Below are positions 12,721 to 26,416 of a stretch of DNA of 64,000 nt, in pieces. Made by a program: the position numbers and the translations under genes. This DNA is from Vicugna vicugna (Eukaryota), in NCBI GenBank assembly GCA_013265495.1, contig MU058584.1:5152508-5216507 (forward strand), in the 5' to 3' direction. The stretch's first letter is position 1. Every line of letters starts with the position of its first letter. The notes beneath the pieces are model-generated. The model was not told the origin of the DNA and searched no databases. It saw only the letters and a program-made list of their open reading frames with translations.

Positions 12721-13884
12721 GCAAAGTGCACTATACATGTTTATGAAATCAAGCTTGTTATTGCTAATATTAAAACATTTGAAATTCCCTGCCTTTTATC
12801 AGTGAGTTTAATCACTTTATATTTATTACAATTATGGATATATCTGGATTTGTTCTATTTTTGTTGTGTGTGTTTTCTATTTTTCATGCTATTTATCAGG
12901 TTTCAATTTTCTCTTTTACTATATTCTGTCAAATTTGTTCCCCTTTTATTAATCAATAGTTTTGAATATACACACATTTTAATTCTATTTTTTAACATGG
13001 ATACCTAATAAAATTCAATTTTAATCATTATCTTTTATTGACTGGTAAAAGAAATATAGAATGCTTTAACTCCAATCCTCTCCCATTTTTATGTTATTCT
13101 ACATTAGTCCCACCTTGCTTTTAAACTTTCCAAAATAATCTTTTTTGTTGTTTATATAATTAACAATTATTTTGATTTACCAGCATGCTTACTAATTTCT
13201 TTACTGTCTTTTGTTTTTTGTATCTCAAAACTTCTCTCTGGAGTAATTTTCCTTTTTCTAAAGTCCACCTTTTCGTAATGTTTTCAGTGAATGTGATTAG
13301 TAAACACAGTTTTCTTTTGTATAAAAATAATTTTATCATACTTTTCAATAACAACTTCGTTTAATATTTTGAGGATATTACTCCATTTCACTTTGGCTTC
13401 CATTGTTACTGATGTAGACTCTGAAGCATTACTTTTCCTTGTGGGTAATCTGGCTTTTCTCTCCTGCACCTTATAAAATTTATTTTTCCTTCTCTTTGTT
13501 ATTCTACAGTTTCACTATGAAATTCATCTTCCTTGGGATTGCTTGTACAACTCTAATATAAGGACTCATATTTTTTCAGTTCAGAAAAAACTGAAGTCAG
13601 TATCCTTTTGAATCCTGCCTAATCTCCATTTTTTCTAACTAATGTATATTCAATATTCTCATTCTAATATTCACATCATTTAATCCTTTCATAGTACACC
13701 CCATCTCTATCACTCTTTCCTGTATTCTGGATGGATTATTCAGATTGATCTTCCATTAATTAATTCTTTCTTTAGCTGCTATACTTTACTGTTTGAATCA
13801 TATTTTGAGATTTTAGCCTAATTACTAAAGTTTTTAATTCAAGAAGTTATATTTTCCTGCTTTTTCTTTTCTTACACTATATTC

Positions 13885-15940
13885 TTTTTTTTATTGGCAT
13901 ATGGTTCATGTACAATATTATATAAGTTACAGGTATACAATATAGTGGTTCAATTTTTAAAGGTTACCCTCCATTTACAGTTATTATAAAATATTGGCAA
14001 ATCATTAAAAACTCCACAAAGAATAAATGCTGGAGAGGGTGCAGCAAAAAGGGAACCCTCCCACACTGTTGATGGGAATATAGTTTGGTGTAGCCATTAT
14101 GGGAAACAATATGAAGATTCTTTAAGAAAAAATAAAAATAGACTTGTCCTATGATCCAGCAATTCCATTCCTGGGCATTTATCTGGAGGAAACTTATTTC
14201 AAAAAGATACATGTACCCCCAGTGTTCACAGCAGCACTATTTACAATAGCAAAGACATGGAATCAACCTAAATATCCATCAACAGGTGGCTAGATAAAGA
14301 AGATGTGGTATACATTCATGATGGAATACTACTCAACCATAAAAAGAATAAAATAATGCCATTTGTAGCAAGGATGCACCTGGAGATCATTGTACTAAGT
14401 GAAATAAGCCTGAAAGAAAAAGAAAAATACCATATGATATCACTTATATGTGGAATCCAAAAAAAGAGACAAATGAACTTATTTACAAAACAGAAACAGA
14501 CTCACAGACATAGAAAACAAACTTGTGGCTACAAGAGGGGGAAGGAGGCATTAGGAGACAAATTGGGGGCTCAGAATTAGCAGATACTAACTACTATATA
14601 TAAAACAGACAAATAGCAAGGTCCTAGTTGATAGCACAGGGAACTATATTCAATATCTTGTAATAGCCTATAATGAAAAGAAATATAAAAAGGAATGTAT
14701 AACTGAATCACTGTGCTGTACACAAGAAATTAACACATTTTAAACCAACTATACTTCAATTTCTTTAAAAAAATCAAAAAAATAAACATCATTGAAAACA
14801 TTTTAACAAAAAATAAAATAAAATATTGGCTATATTCTCTGTGTTGTACAATATATCATAGTAGCTTATTTTATACATAATAGTTTGTATCTCTTAATTC
14901 CCTACCCCTGTATCACATGTCCCCCCTTCCCTCTCCCTGCTGGTAACCACTGTTTGCTCTCTATATCTGTGAGTCTGCTTCTTTTTTGTTACATTCACTA
15001 GTTTGCTGTATTTTTTAGATTCCACATATAAGTGACATCATACAGTATTTGTCTTTCTCTGACTTATCTCACTTAGCATAATATCCTCTAAATCTATCCA
15101 TGTTGTTGCAAATGGAAAAATTTTATTATTTTTTACAGCTGAGTAATATACCATTGTGTATATAGTAAGTCTGGAAACCACAAAACTCCTAGAGGAAAAC
15201 AGAGAGAGAATACTCTTAGACATAAATCATAATAGTACTTTTTGGATTTGCCTTCAAAAACAAAGGAAATAAAAGCAAAAGTAAACAAATGTGACATAAT
15301 TAAACTTAAAAGCTTTTGCATGGCAAAGGAAACCACTGACAAAATGAAAAGACAACCTACTGAATGGAAGAAAACATTTGTAAATGCTATGAATGACAAG
15401 GGGTTAATATTCAATATACATAAACAGCTCATACAACTCAATATCAAAAAAAAACCCAATTTAAAAAATGAGCAGAAGAACTGAATAGACATTTTTCTAA
15501 AGAGGAAATGCAGATGGCCAACTGGCACATGAAAAGATGTTAACATCCCTACTCATCAGGGAAACGCAGATCAAAACCACAATGAGATATTATCTCACAC
15601 CTGTCAGAATGGCCATCATCAAAAAGAACACACAAAAAAAGAACACAAATAACAAACGTTGATGAGGATGTGGAAAAAAGGGAACCTTCGTACACTATTG
15701 GTAAGAATGTAAATGGTGCAGCCACTGTGGAAAACAGCGTGGAGGTTTTCTCAAAAACTAAAAATAGAACTACCATATGATGCAACAATTCCACTCTTGG
15801 ACATATATCTGATTGGAACTAACTGGAAAAGATACATGCATCCCAGTGCATTCGCAGCAGCACAATTCACAACAGCCAAGATATGGACGCAATCTCAGTG
15901 CCCAACAACAAGTGAATGGATAAAGAAGACGTGATATATA
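13885..15940 (-). mobile_element. Twin-primed (5'-inverted) L1: antisense 3' part 13885-15165, inverted sense part 15166-15940
   Basis: Poly-T at 13885; strand switch at about 15165; the two parts are contiguous in L1 coordinates (...aagaagacgtgatatata / tatatacacaatgg); near-perfect TSD actatattctt 13876-13886 vs actattttctt 15940-15950. Confidence 0.88.
13999..14817 (+). mobile_element. 5'-truncated L1 inserted into the 3' UTR of the previous L1
   Basis: ORF2 C-terminus (KIMPFVARMHLEIIVLSEIS), 3' UTR and A tail; perfect 13-bp TSD ATAAAATATTGGC at 13986-13998 and 14818-14830. Confidence 0.92.
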
Positions 15941-16959
15941 CTATTTTCTTCTTGTCTTCTGACTTCTATCCCTTTTTCTTAATGTTCTAGAAATGAACAT
16001 TTTAAATGCATTTATTTTCTCATTCTCTTTTTCCCAAGTAATTGTTTTCTATTCATGTTGTTGCTAAGTCTCTCTCAGGATTTACTGTCTTAATGGTAAT
16101 TTTGTTCCTAAACTTATTTTTACTGGAGGTGGTTTTCAGAGGGGATTCTGTTGTGTTGATTTGTGGAAGTGCGCCTACAAAGCACTTTCACATTTGCTTC
16201 CACCAGGGCTTCAGGGTTTTCACCAGAGCTGGACCAGGTTTTAATAATTTCTAAATCTGACTTCCTGCACAATAAAGATGGGGTAAATTTAGACTCTGTG
16301 TCCATTCCTTTACAATACGAAGATTCTGATTTCTTAGGGTGGACACTTTTCCCACCAGGGCCCCAGTGGGTAACTAGGTCTTTTATCAGGTCCTCAGGGG
16401 TACATGTAATTTTTCTAATCAATCCCTTTTCCATGAACTGTATATACTTTCAAAAATCTTAGCAATAAACAGGAGACTCCTTTACAGCTGCTCATCTCAA
16501 ATGGCTTCAGCTGTCCCTTGAGCCACTGTGGCTTCCGGCTATTACTCATCCTCTTGACTTTGAGATTCTCTTTACCTCTGCTACCTGGGGATTTCCCCTT
16601 CTTTTGAGCTTAGTAACACATTTATCTTTTGTTGGTGTATTTTATCCAAATTTTCTATGTTTGGAGAATGAAGAAGTTCTTTCAATTGAATTTCCATTGT
16701 CTTCAAAGTAGAGTTTGGGCACCACTCTACCTTGGCACATTGCCTCTAGGTTTTAAGCACATGCTCAGTAATGCCTGTCATCCTCTAGAAAGTGTGTCCT
16801 AACTACTCAAATCAACAGTTTAGTCTGAGTTTTCAGTTGGCCGAGTGAGCTTTGTTTCCAGTCCCTTTTGTAACATTGACTTCACATGTTAAAACCTTTC
16901 CTCTTAAGATCATGAGATATCTCTAAGTTTCTGAATTTTTGTATTGAAAGACCATGGGT

Positions 16960-17130
16960 TTTATGACAGAAAGACCTTTGGTAATTATGTTATCAATGCC
17001 ACCTACTGTGTGACCCTGAAAAATTCAGGTAAGTCCTCTGAGCCTCAGTTTCTTCATACTGTAAATAAGGATAAAAGCATCCACTGTGTAGAACTGTTGT
17101 GAAATGGAGATATGTACCACACAGGAAGAC
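16960..17130 (+). mobile_element. MIR SINE
   Basis: ctgtgtgaccctg...ctctgagcctcagtttcttcatactgtaaataagg. Confidence 0.8.
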
Positions 17131-17251
17131 GTTCCCCTTGATTCAGCTTGTATAATTATTTATTGGGCATATGCTTTGGGAAGGCATTAAATTTATGACA
17201 CTCTACACTTCTGATATTCTGGACCAGCTGTTGATTTCAAGTCATTGGATT

Positions 17252-17464
17252 TAAGTTGTCAGATTCAGCAAATAAAAATACAGGACACTAAATTAAATTA
17301 GAATTTCTGACAAACAATGAATAATTTTTTTAGTGTAAGTATGAACCATGCAACATTTAGCCCATGTAATATATGCCATTTAGTCCTTATACTAAAAAAT
17401 TATTTGTTGTTTTATCTGAAATTCAAATTTAATTGGGCATCCTGCATTTTATCTGGCAGCCCTA
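17252..17464. mobile_element. MER53 non-autonomous hAT MITE (palindromic)
   Basis: gttgtcagattcagcaaataaaaatacaggac...ttgggcatcctgcattttatctggcagcccta; the two halves are near reverse complements. Confidence 0.88.
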
Positions 17465-19307
17465 CCCTAGATCCACCTCTTCTAATTTGAACAATAATGG
17501 TCACTTGTGAAAGATCTCCCACACATGTGTTCCAATTTTGCCAGCGTCCTATTTTAAGCCAGAAAGCTAAGCTTGGCTCTATTTTCATGTACGGTTTCAT
17601 AAGGGATTTTTAACTCAAATGGTTCATTCCTGCAATTAAATTCCAGACACTATTTTTGTTTCCTCTGTCCTTCCTTTGGATTTAATCAGCCATGTTTGCA
17701 GTGACATCAGTAGAATATAGGATTTTCAGACATCCTATAAGGTAGCTGATTTTAAAAGAAAGAGGACTGAGCCAGCAACACACAGTAAGTTAAGAAGTGA
17801 GAATTCAGAGAAGAACATTTCCGTGTCTGTGTTTTCTGACTGCTCTGTGGCCTCTGATGCCTACAGGCTTTAAGTCACAGCTATGTGACTCACTGGCTGG
17901 AGAGCCCTGGAAAAATAATTTTGTCTTCCAAGGGTCTGTTTCCCATCAGAACATCTATGGGTAATCATTCCCACCCACGTCAGGCACTGCTGTACTGTGA
18001 AGTAGGACAGCATTGTACATACAATATAGTCTCTGGGACCACAACTGAAACAGGACAAAGATTTCCAAAACACAAAAAGCAGAACCAGGACATGTGCCAC
18101 AAGAAGAGGTGAACTGAATCTGTCTCCTCTTGAAGAACCCTAAGGTGGTCCTTCTTGGTCTGGAAACAGGGCTACTTTTGTAGTCAGACTGTTCAATAAG
18201 ATCTTCCCCCAATATGTACCCCTCTCCTAGTCCCCATCCCAGGCTCCGCCTTCCCTCACGGGACCTCTTCATCTCCTTCCTCTCTCGTGCCTGTACCTTG
18301 TCACTGGGAAGCATCATTTCCTTTAAGCCCAAGGCCAGAGGAGTGCTGCTGCATTCACGTAAACAAGGAAAACGAGTGTTTCCCTGTGGATTTTTCCGTT
18401 TCTAGTAGATGCATCACCAAGATCCCTCTAGAGTTGTTACCCATTACCAGAAACAAATTAAATCTCTAGAAAGTGAGTGTGAAATGAGAGAAAATCATTT
18501 ACCACTTGCTTTTCTTCTATTTTCTTATTCTCAGTAGCTACAGAATATCAACACTGAACTTCATCTTACAACTGAATACAGCTCAGTTGAGAAACTATGG
18601 TCCCCAGAGAAAAGCAAACAGAGCTGGATAAAAGGGGAAAAGAGAGGAGGAAGGAAAAGTGTTTCTTTATGAAATTCCTATTTTAGAGACTACGATGGAT
18701 TTGCATAGAGCTACCTTGCTTTTATGTAGCAGATTCATCCTTTGAAGCTGAGAATAACGAAATGCTTAGAAAACTGACTTACATCTCACTGACTGCTGTT
18801 AAAATCAGAGCACCACAGTTCTTCATTTCCATCTTCATTTACAGTGGCTTCTGACACTTTGTTTCTCCACCATGGTATTTAAAGTGAATCTCAATAAAAT
18901 CAAGATTCCTTTAATAGTGAGTCTACTCGTCATTTTTGTCTTCTGATCTCCCAACAGTTTTCACCCCCAGAGGCAGTTGTGCAAAGTGGGAAAAAGGAAC
19001 TTGGAACAGATCACTTAGCCATTCTGTGCCTCCTAGTCCCCTGTGCATGGGAGAATAATAGTACTTCTTCTATTATATGCTTCCTTGGCATGTCATACTT
19101 CCCCTTTCATCACACCCATCTCTCGTGTAATGAGTAAATTAGTACCCACTTTCCCTACGAACTATGAACTCTTTGTGAACTCTTTGAGAGAAGGGACGGA
19201 GCTTGTGTCTGTCTTAAGTCACTGCATCCCTCACACCTTGCACAATGCCTGACACATAGTAATTAAATGCAGCTATTTTTAGTATTATTATCTAGGAATG
19301 ACAGATA

Positions 19308-19948
19308 CAGTTGCCTTGTTATTCACCATAATTGTGTTCTATATTTCTGCAAGCAATAAATTACTGACTGAAAGTTTGCTCCTAGGGGAAATACAGGGTT
19401 AGGTTCCTGCGAGTCTCCGATCACAATACTTTTGTTGACTGATCAATACATAACCCGGTTTTATATGCCTTTCTGTTTAAAGATGCCTCATTTTGTACAT
19501 ACTGTTGATTAATTAATACTGAACTCATGGCCAGCAGCCCTGTAACTCATGCCCATACAAACTTACCCAACACATGTTCGTGCTCTGTAAGGCACGCTAC
19601 AATCTTCTTGGACTTGGGAATATTAAATAGTGTTTCAGCGCTGTGTCTGGGACTATTTTAAACAGTGAAATCATCAACAAAAAGCATAAAAATGCAAAAA
19701 AAAAAAACCTGGCACTAAATAAACTTCAAAAAAGACACTTATTTACAGTATGAGAGCTGAAATAAGAATGTGGAATGTTGCTTTATTTGACCCTAGCTCG
19801 GAACATGTGTGTTGGATGAATCAAAAAAAATTTTTTTTGCTCTAAATATGTCCATGAATAACTGCAAAAGCACCTCAAGCATGGAAATAAATTTTAGCAA
19901 ACAGGTGCATTTGAAAAGACAGAATTCATCAATAATAAAGATCAACCA
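19308..19948 (+). mobile_element. MER82 (TcMar-Tigger) DNA transposon
   Basis: gctcctaggggaaatacagggttaggttcctgcgag...ttacagtatgagagctgaaa, near full length; preceded by TA. Confidence 0.85.
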
Positions 19949-20079
19949 TGCTCGGCAAAACTTCGGTCATGCCCCCTCATCATGATATGCCTAAGGCAGA
20001 ATCTGCTAAATGAACAGAACATTTCATCATTCATTCATTCATTCATACTGGATGATGTAAGTACACCTGGATGATGTGA

Positions 20080-20270
20080 TGGAGGGTAGTGTGTAGTCCA
20101 GTGCTTTACAATATAGGCTCTGAAGTCAGCTTGCCTGGTTCCAAATCCCATCTCTGCCATTTAAAACTTCAGGCTGTTTACTTGACTTCTCTGAGCTTTA
20201 TTTTTCCTATCTGAAAAATGGGGGTATAGTTAGAACCTACTTAAAAGAGTTGCTCTGAAGATGAATTAAG
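20080..20270 (+). mobile_element. MIR SINE (interrupted by an L1 3' end)
   Basis: ggctctgaagtcagc...ctctgagctttattttcctatctgaaaaatgggg. Confidence 0.75.
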
Positions 20271-20279
20271 AAACTCTTA

Positions 20280-20545
20280 AAGGATTTAATGTACAACATG
20301 GTGACTATAGTTGATAACACTGTATTGTATAATTGAGATTTGCTAAGAGAGTAGAACGTAAATGGTCTCACAAATAAAAAGGAAATATATGAGGTGACGG
20401 ATATATTAACTGAATGAGGGGACTCCTTTACAATTATGTGTATCAAGTCATCGTATTGTACACTTTACATATCTTGCTATTTTATTTGTCAATTATACCT
20501 CGATAAAGCTAGAAAAAAATAAAATAATAAAATAATGAAAAAAAT
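20280..20545 (+). mobile_element. L1 3' end (L1MA9/L1MA10-like)
   Basis: aatgtacaacatggtgactatagttgataacactgtattg...gtcaattatacctcgataaagct, then an A-rich tail. Confidence 0.85.
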
Positions 20546-21789
20546 TAACAATATACTGAATAGTAACTTAAAGAGTGCTCAACAAATATAAACTATAGCA
20601 ATTTTTACTGGTACATCTTACAAGTGGAGAGGGCATTTCCGGACTACTGTGCTGCTTTAAGCGCCACCAAGGTCTCTTTAAGGTCATGCCACAAGTCCTG
20701 ACATCTCATAGAGTTTTTATTCTTTCTGATTCTCTTTGCCTCTAAATTTTGTGTTCTTCTGAGGCTGGAAACGCAGATAAGAGGTTTTTTTTTTCAGGAT
20801 TTCTTTATTTCTGCCTTTGTCCGGAGTCAAAATATTCCATTCCCCGTGGCCTGCCAGACACAGAAGCTGCTGAAGTTGCCTCCTTTCCTTCTTTCCCCAC
20901 ACCCATCTGAGCTGGGTCTAGGAGCAGAAGTTTCAAAACTGAGACCACGTAGCAAAGTCCTCCTCCTAAGACAGCTCAAACCTCAATGATCCAGCATGCT
21001 CCTACCCTGGCCAATCCTTGCCTTCCTGGGCAGTGGGAGGACCCAGAAAGCTGGGCCCAAGGCTAAGAATATGGAAGGGAATAAAGTGATGGTTTAACCA
21101 AGCATCGCAGCAGCACAGAGTTTTGCCTCTTGAGGAATCCTTAGACATAAACTAGCTTAATTTCCTCAGTATGCTGGCCAGATCGTCTCTAAGGCCCTGT
21201 CTTTATTTTTCAACCAGGTACTCATGGCTAGTTTCCATCGAGACTAATATTTGAACTTAAATGGGCCACAACTATGGGTAGGTCCAGTTTTAGCCCCATA
21301 ATATTTTCCAGCATAAAGAAGAACAAAATCAAACACCAAAGAGCAGACAGCAAGACAGTAAAGGAAAATGAATAGGAGAGGGAGTTGCTTTTAATGTCTG
21401 AATAGCAAACTCAATTCCCCCTGTACTAAGAGATAATATGGTAGAAGGGGAGCCCTTCTGGGTACCTTAGATCTGACTGGAAGCCACATTTTCATTTGTT
21501 ATGCTTAGGTTTTATCCTTTTTATAAAATAAAGGTACATTTTGAATTACCAACTACCTTTCCAGGTAATTTGAAAAGTTAATATGAATAGCTTAACTCTT
21601 TGGCTAAATCACATGATTTAGAACTTGACCTCTTTAAGTCTCAATTTCCCCATTTGTAAAATAAGGCAAAGGCTAGATTATCTCTAAGACATTGTCAGCT
21701 CTAATATTTTACAAAACAAGTCTATGGCACTATTGCTTATTGGATGTCAGAAGCTACAGATTAACAGATTAACTATGGCTGGAAGCCAG

Positions 21790-22510
21790 TTCTCCAGTCC
21801 TGTCAACTCTGTCTCTATGATGTTTCTCAAGCCTACCTCCCTCTTTCAATTTTTAACATCCATCCCTAGTTCATGCTCCAGTCCTTCGCTCTTTCCAGTT
21901 CCAGTCCACACACTTCTACCAGAACTGTCTTCTTTATACCCAGCGTTGACCGTATCATTCCCTTGATCACAAACCTTCAGTGACTCCCAACAACCTACAG
22001 GATAAATTGCAAACCATTCAGCCCAGCCTTCCACAGGCTGGCCTCTAATAATGTAACCCCACCTCCTCCACTGCACCTAGTCAGTTTATCTGAGATTACT
22101 CCATCTTTCTCAAATAATGCCCTTCATCCTTCTGCTCTGGGCCTCAGTTCCAGTTTTGGCATCTATATGAAATGTTTCCTCCTCCCTTCCTAATCCTCTC
22201 CATCACTTATTTATTTAGTAAACTTCTCCATTTCTTGCAAGGTCCACTCAAATTTTAAATTGTCTAAAAGGCCTTCTCAGACTCACAGAGAAAGAAATAA
22301 TTCTTCTCTCTCCCATAAAGGATGTTTGTAACCATATTCTACCACTCAATACACTACACAGTTGTATCAAAGTTATTTAGATGTGTTCTTCATTTTAATC
22401 AGCTTATGAAGTCTTGAAGTCAGAAACCATGTGCTTTTCACCCCTGAGTCTCCAACAGCTCCAGCATCGAGCTTTACACACAGCGATCAATAGTTGCTTT
22501 TTTAAAAGTG
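21790..22510 (+). mobile_element. L2 fragment
   Basis: aaaccttcagtgactccc...ggataaattgcaaacc...tcttgaagtcagaaaccatg, sense L2 3' region. Confidence 0.65.
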
Positions 22511-23809
22511 AATTCAATTGATTTTCTTTTAGTCACTTTAGGGCTAAAAACAGGCAGTGTAAAGTGGAGATCCCCAAAAACCACACACCCTCTCAGCTAT
22601 CCGTCCAGCTGATCTCCTCTCAACAGAGCCAAGGATGCCAGGAAGCCTGGGCCTCTGGAGGACTTTGCCCCACTTCTGCCCAGAGGCCTCCCAACTCTCG
22701 GGACATGAACAGAATATGGTTGATGTGCTGTAGAAACCAAGACCTGTCCTTTGTAAAGCATGAAATCAGAGTGAGCCCCTTCCTTACTGAAAATTCCTGC
22801 TGAACCAGTTCTTTCCGCTGCACTTAATCCTTTCATTTTGAGAGGAATAATGTTGACCATTCAAAACCTCCTCCCTCTAGCCTTCACTGGATTGAGGCAG
22901 CAATGGCACCCTGGGTCTCTCTGGACAATGAGCTTAGCCTCCTGAGCTCGTGGCCTCTGGGGTATGCTTGCCGGCAGGACAGAAGAGGACTTCCCTATAA
23001 GGCTTCAGCCAGAGCCCCCTGGGGAGCAGCAGCAGAATGCTCTCCTCCAGCCCATCCTGCTTTGACCCTTTTGGGGTATCCAAGACATGTATTCTTGGTC
23101 TGTTTTTTCCCTCACTTGGTAAGACTATGGGGATAGAAAGTGAGTGAGGCGAAGGTGAATCTGCACGAATTTAGCAGGAGATGCTTCAAGATGGCTAATT
23201 ATATCACACAGAGATGTCTCTGGGCTAACAAGAAACCATCTCCAAAGTACTCTTGTATGAATGCTCAAAAGTGATGAGCCTCTCAGATAAGGCAGTCAAA
23301 CCCTCAGGAGCGGCCTGTAAAATTCATTTCACTGCTTTCCAGCTGGTAGGTTTCTTAAGCTGCAGTGTAGAGAAAGATGTCAGCCCATAATTGCAGGTGG
23401 ATTTTGCAGGCAAAGAAGGCAGCATTGGGAAGGACAGGCATCCTCCTCGCTACAAAGCACGAGCAAACCTTAAGAATTCTTCAAGAATCCCTCAGCTCAT
23501 TCATTGCCTGATGGGTTCTTCTCGCAGAACCACTCATTTGCCAGTGCTCAGAAATGGAGAAGTCAAACTTCATTTCAAGAGGTTGAATTCTGAGGAGCCA
23601 CATTCCCAGAACCACTGGAACTCAAGACTGAAAGAGACCTTAATCACAACGTAGCTCAATTTAAAAAGTAAACCTTTGTAAATGTAAAAGCTGAGTTCCA
23701 GAGAGGACAAGTGTGTCACCCAAAGGAACACAGTCAAGACTAGAACTCAGATACCCCAACATCTAAACCTGCACTTTCTCCACTCCACCATCACTCCACA
23801 GGCTTGCGT

Positions 23810-24292
23810 GCTGGCCTGTCTCTCATTCTCTGTACAGTTCTTCCCCTGCTCCCAAATCTCCATCTCGATGCTGCCTTTGCTTTCCAGAAATCTACATTTC
23901 TCAGGATCCCCACCAGTGACGTTCTGGGTTAGGTTCCAACAATGAAAGGCAAGTACAAAATCTGGAAGCAGAGGACAAGCAGAGCCATTAAGCTTCCTGC
24001 AGCAGCAACAGGCAGCTGTATGAGTTGTGCGGGCTTCAGAAGAAAGCAGGTGTGACAATGCCCAGCAGCTTCCAGGTGTCCTTCTTGGAATCATGCCCCT
24101 CGGTGTTGCAGCAGCCAAGAATATCAGTGATGGTTTCCGGCAGTTCCTTAAGCTTCCTGGATTCTTGAAAACCAGTGGTGGCTTTCCCTGACCTTTGCTC
24201 TTCCAGCCCCAGCCTCTAGTTCCCTATATTAAATCCTTTCCTACTTGAAATACCCTAAATGGTTTCTGACTCTTGGCTCTACCCTGATACTT
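23810..24292 (+). mobile_element. ERVL LTR (LTR33/LTR41-like)
   Basis: gggttaggttccaacaatg...ccctatattaaatcc...ttgaaataccctaaatggtttctg...ccctgatac. Confidence 0.65.
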
Positions 24293-24593
24293 CAATCTGT
24301 AGAATTGTTTCTACAGTATCAAATATGCATATGGCTTTCACAGGCAGTGAACAGACGGCAGAAAGTGTCCCATGTGATGGTGAATCAACACTAACAGCTC
24401 CTTCAAGAAGACCACATGCTTTCAAAAAGAACCAGGGCTTTTTTTTGACAAAGTCCAAATGCTACTGTGACACATGGCTTAATGTTTAAGTAATCCTAAT
24501 AAATAAAATGAAGTAGATGGGTCAAATTGCTTCCTTAAGACACAGTTAGTCACGGACACAAAGATGGTAACACTAGAGTGCAAACATGTAGAT

Positions 24594-25041
24594 CAGAAGT
24601 TGTTAAACTTTTGTGTACCGTGGACCGCTTTGGCAATCTGGAAAACCTACAGATTCGCTTCTCAGAATAATGTTTAAATAAATAAATTAAATATAATTTA
24701 TCACAAAGAAAAGCAATTCAAATACAGTTCTCAGAATACTGAAAAAAATTAAATGTGTGAAATGAGTGACTATATACATCCTTTTTAACTCAAGAAGCAA
24801 CAAGATTGGGCTGTACTGTATATCTAATAACCACCATAATTTCAAGCAGTGGTGAGCATGCACAAATTTTGATATAATTCTTCAACAACTGTGATTTGGT
24901 AGGGTGTCTAGTGGTGATTTGTGGTTTGTTACCTATAATCATAGTGGAACAAAATGATAAACTTCAGTTAGAAGTTAGCAAGAATAACTGTGTGATTTTT
25001 TTTTCCATTCAAGTTCATGGACCCAAGGTTAAGGACTCCTT
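24594..25041 (+). mobile_element. Charlie4a-like hAT DNA transposon
   Basis: cagaagttgttaaacttttgtgtaccgtggaccgctttggcaatctgg...ttctcagaataatg...catggacccaaggttaaggactcc; degenerate terminal inverted repeats. Confidence 0.75.
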
Positions 25042-26416
25042 GTCTAACGAGTGGAAGATACATTTTCACACTCCAATGTACTTGAGTGGAATGTGGAGGC
25101 TGGGATAAGCTTCAGAACCTTAGATACTAAAATAGAGACCTAGCTGCAATCCACAATCTATAAAATGTACGTGCAATATTCTTAAGGGAGAAAAAGAATA
25201 CTCAGACATAGTAAACGCAATTTCGGTAATTTTTCTAATGTAGGAAAGGTCAAAAGATTGAATAAAAGCTATTTTTGATGCCAACATCATCCAGGATAAG
25301 TTAGACATGGGAAAGATGGCACCTCTTCACTAAAAAACTGAGAAGACTATCTCTTTATGCATCTTCCCTTCCCAAGGAGGGAGAAAATTAACCCTCATTC
25401 TTGTCTGGAGTAATCATGGTTAAGATCTTCCCAAAAAAAGCTCTGGAGGGCAATGAAATATCCAAACACACCCCTTACTCTCCTTTCTGAAAGGAATTAC
25501 CACATTTGGTGCAAACATAATCCTGACCTCCATCCCAACCCTGGAAATCTGTGAACACTGTGGGATCCTTAAAATAAAGGAGAGGATATTCAATTTCTCT
25601 CAGATGGTCTGAATAATATGCTTGAAATCTCAGTTCCTTTGAACAACGGAAAATTGCTTGAATTTTTAAACAAGCATTTGTTCTTGGGAAACAAAATGTT
25701 CAGCTCTAGTGGTTGCCACAGCAACTGCCTAGGCTAAAAATACAAAATCCGACATAAGAAGAAAAAATATGTACCAAGCGGGAAAGGGGAGAGAAAGTGG
25801 GAAGTCTCCCAAAGGAAGATGGTTGGCAGGAATCAGCCTCTTAAGACAAGGAAGGAGGCCGGTCCTGTGGCAAACCTTCTGCCATGGGGCAATGCGCTCA
25901 GTAGAAACCTACATCCCTGCCCCATTTATTCTCCCTCCTACGTCCCTGTACCTCCCCCTCTTGTAAAAATCACATCTTCACTGAGTGTGAGCAGCCCACC
26001 ACTCTGAGGATCATCCTGGTGAACATTACAGATAGAGCTGGGAGAGGGTGGCCTTCTTGCAAAGCCACTGCCAAAGCTAACCCTCTTCTCATGGCTTCTG
26101 CCTCGGCTTTGGCCTGGTCTTCAGTGTTTCTCCTTCTTAATGAAGATGGAATGAGTAGCTTACCCTCCTGCCCCACCAAGGTGGCTTCTTCACTGTCTCA
26201 CATTTATGCCCTATCCGTTCCCGCCTCTGAGCATTTGCTCATGTTGTCCCTCCACTTGGAACGATGCGCCTCTCCCTTCAGTCTATTTAATTCCTCATCT
26301 GTATCTGGCTTGTTTTAAATGACACCTTCTTTCTGCAGCTCCCTGCAGCTCCACTTGCTCTCACTGGCCCCTCCTTTCTCTGAAATGCTGTTTCAAGAGA
26401 AGCTGGAACCACACAC

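Larger units (their letters stand above)
12720..16690 (-). mobile_element. Ancient HAL1/L1M element, interrupted by younger L1s at 13885-15940
   Basis: Antisense ORF1-like segment at 13280-13860 (ttggcttccattgttactgatg...); HAL1-like segment tttgcttccaccagggc...tggaccagg at about 16190-16290. Confidence 0.5.
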
